Below the pieces are notes generated by a model. It did no database searches. It saw only the letters and a list, made by a program, of their open reading frames with translations, and was not told where the DNA came from. DNA of 64,000 nt. Origin: a virus (Duplodnaviria; Heunggongvirae; Uroviricota; Caudoviricetes). Positions within the stretch are counted from its first letter, which is position 1. The number at the start of each line of letters is the position of its first letter. Both the position numbers and the translations under genes were made by a program. Below are positions 63,262-64,000 of the stretch, one piece after another. The stretch is from the IMG/VR virus record IMGVR_UViG_3300046542_000259; one strand, given 5' to 3'.

Positions 63262-63531
63262 TTACTTTAAATTTTTAATCTGATCCGTAAGTTCTAGATA
63301 TCTGTGCCAGAGATCAAGGTTATCTTCTAGATAGCCAACGATCTTGTCTTGGTAGATCGTGTTTTCGTCCAAAAATTTTCCTTCAGAATCTAACCTTCCG
63401 CAAATATAGCCATCTTCAGTTTTTGAAGGTCGAGTTACATAATCGGTGTAGTACCACAATTCATAGACTTCTAGCGTAGAATCGCTGTGTCTGTAAATGA
63501 CTTTACGTTCTGTATCGTATAATTGTGGCAC
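63262..63531 (-). CDS. Hypothetical protein
   Basis: 89-aa ORF, GTG start with GAGG RBS. Confidence 0.6.
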   Translation of the reverse strand: MPQLYDTERKVIYRHSDSTLEVYELWYYTDYVTRPSKTEDGYICGRLDSEGKFLDENTIYQDKIVGYLEDNLDLWHRYLELTDQIKNLK

Positions 63532-63551
63532 TATCGTTCCTCTACTTAAAA

Positions 63552-63625
63552 TGGTGCCCCTACACTGGATCGAACAGAGAATTTCGCGTTACAAAGGCGG
63601 TGTTATACCATTTAACTATAAGGGC
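63552..63625 (-). tRNA. tRNA-Thr(UGU)
   Basis: GCCCUUA/UAGGGGC, UU UGU AA loop, GUUCGAUCC, CCA; weak anticodon stem. Confidence 0.82.
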
Positions 63626-63635
63626 GTTATCTACT

Positions 63636-63962
63636 TTAGACTTCGAACCAATCTACGATATCTTGTTTAGTCAGCCGTGCAGTGCCATATTTATTAACCA
63701 TGGCCAAGACGCGAGGCAGGATGGAATAATAAAGCTTAGGCAGATCGTGAACCTTACGTTCCACAGTTTTATAAGCTTTACCGGCGAGAAATGCGCGGGC
63801 CAAGAAAGTGGCACGGTTTTCGTTTCTGACATCTAATTTTCTGTGCTCACGCAGTGAGAAAAATTTGTCTCGGTTTTTGTGGCGAAGTTTTTCTTCTTCA
63901 AAGCGAATGATTTTTGCTTCTTCAGAAAGATGCTTGGATTTGATTTTTAGTTCAACACACAT
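63636..63962 (-). CDS. Conserved-looking basic hypothetical phage protein
   Basis: LKIKSKHL.EEA.IIR.EE, L..HR...VR.E.RAT.LARA; GTG start with GGAG RBS. Confidence 0.7.
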   Translation of the reverse strand: MCVELKIKSKHLSEEAKIIRFEEEKLRHKNRDKFFSLREHRKLDVRNENRATFLARAFLAGKAYKTVERKVHDLPKLYYSILPRVLAMVNKYGTARLTKQDIVDWFEV

Positions 63963-64000
63963 TTGTTATTCTCCATTAGATAATTTTTATTTAGTCAATA

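Noticed and set aside
577-63836. Many short ORFs antisense to or nested in real genes or tRNAs (e.g. 3642..3950, 9978..10445, 23335..23697, 55627..56103, 58116..58328, 61451..61648, 63068..63256, 63525..63836)
   Set aside because: They overlap well-supported genes or tRNAs and lack motifs and translation signals.
1-64000. CRISPR array, integrase or attP
   Set aside because: No regularly spaced repeat series and no intact tyrosine or serine recombinase seen; the Cas4-like protein lies in a replication/recombination context.

Overview
A 64-kb segment of a lytic long-tailed (sipho-type) dsDNA phage genome; no integrase, CRISPR array or rRNA is visible. 1-22.9 kb (+ strand): nucleotide metabolism and replication (thymidine kinase, HD nucleotidase, BCS1-like AAA ATPase, Thg1-like tRNA-His guanylyltransferase, HTH-metallophosphoesterase, Nudix, DUF4326-fused family A DNA polymerase with a mini-intein, DEDDh and Cas4-like exonucleases, SSB, free-standing intein-like LAGLIDADG gene, RecD/Dda-like helicase, dNMP kinase, ThyX, MazG, class I RNR, glutaredoxin). 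A bidirectional terminator at 22.95 kb separates this from the convergent - strand morphogenesis block (57.4 to 23 kb: portal, scaffold, major capsid, head-tail joining, tail tube, frameshifted chaperone, tape measure, tail tip, endolysin, spanins), into which seven predicted glycan-binding/degrading proteins are interleaved. 57.5-64 kb (- strand): tRNA cluster (12 tRNA-like genes) with NADAR, vWA, SAM decarboxylase and a Zn-finger nuclease. Most notable: (i) a beta-helix gene cassette bracketed by a 54-bp direct repeat of the neck gene 3' end, within a modular depolymerase/head-spike arsenal whose members share short N-terminal peptides; (ii) non-canonical RNAs: a tRNA-His with degenerate D/T loops overlapping the nuclease stop codon (with phage Thg1), an 8/4 tRNA-Ser, a long-arm tRNA-Asn and a CCA-ending kissing-loop RNA; (iii) a splicing-dead free-standing intein-endonuclease and a polymerase mini-intein with both Cys1 and the class 3 WCT triad. 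All protein assignments come from motif recognition by eye, not database searches. An alphaproteobacterial host is a weak inference.
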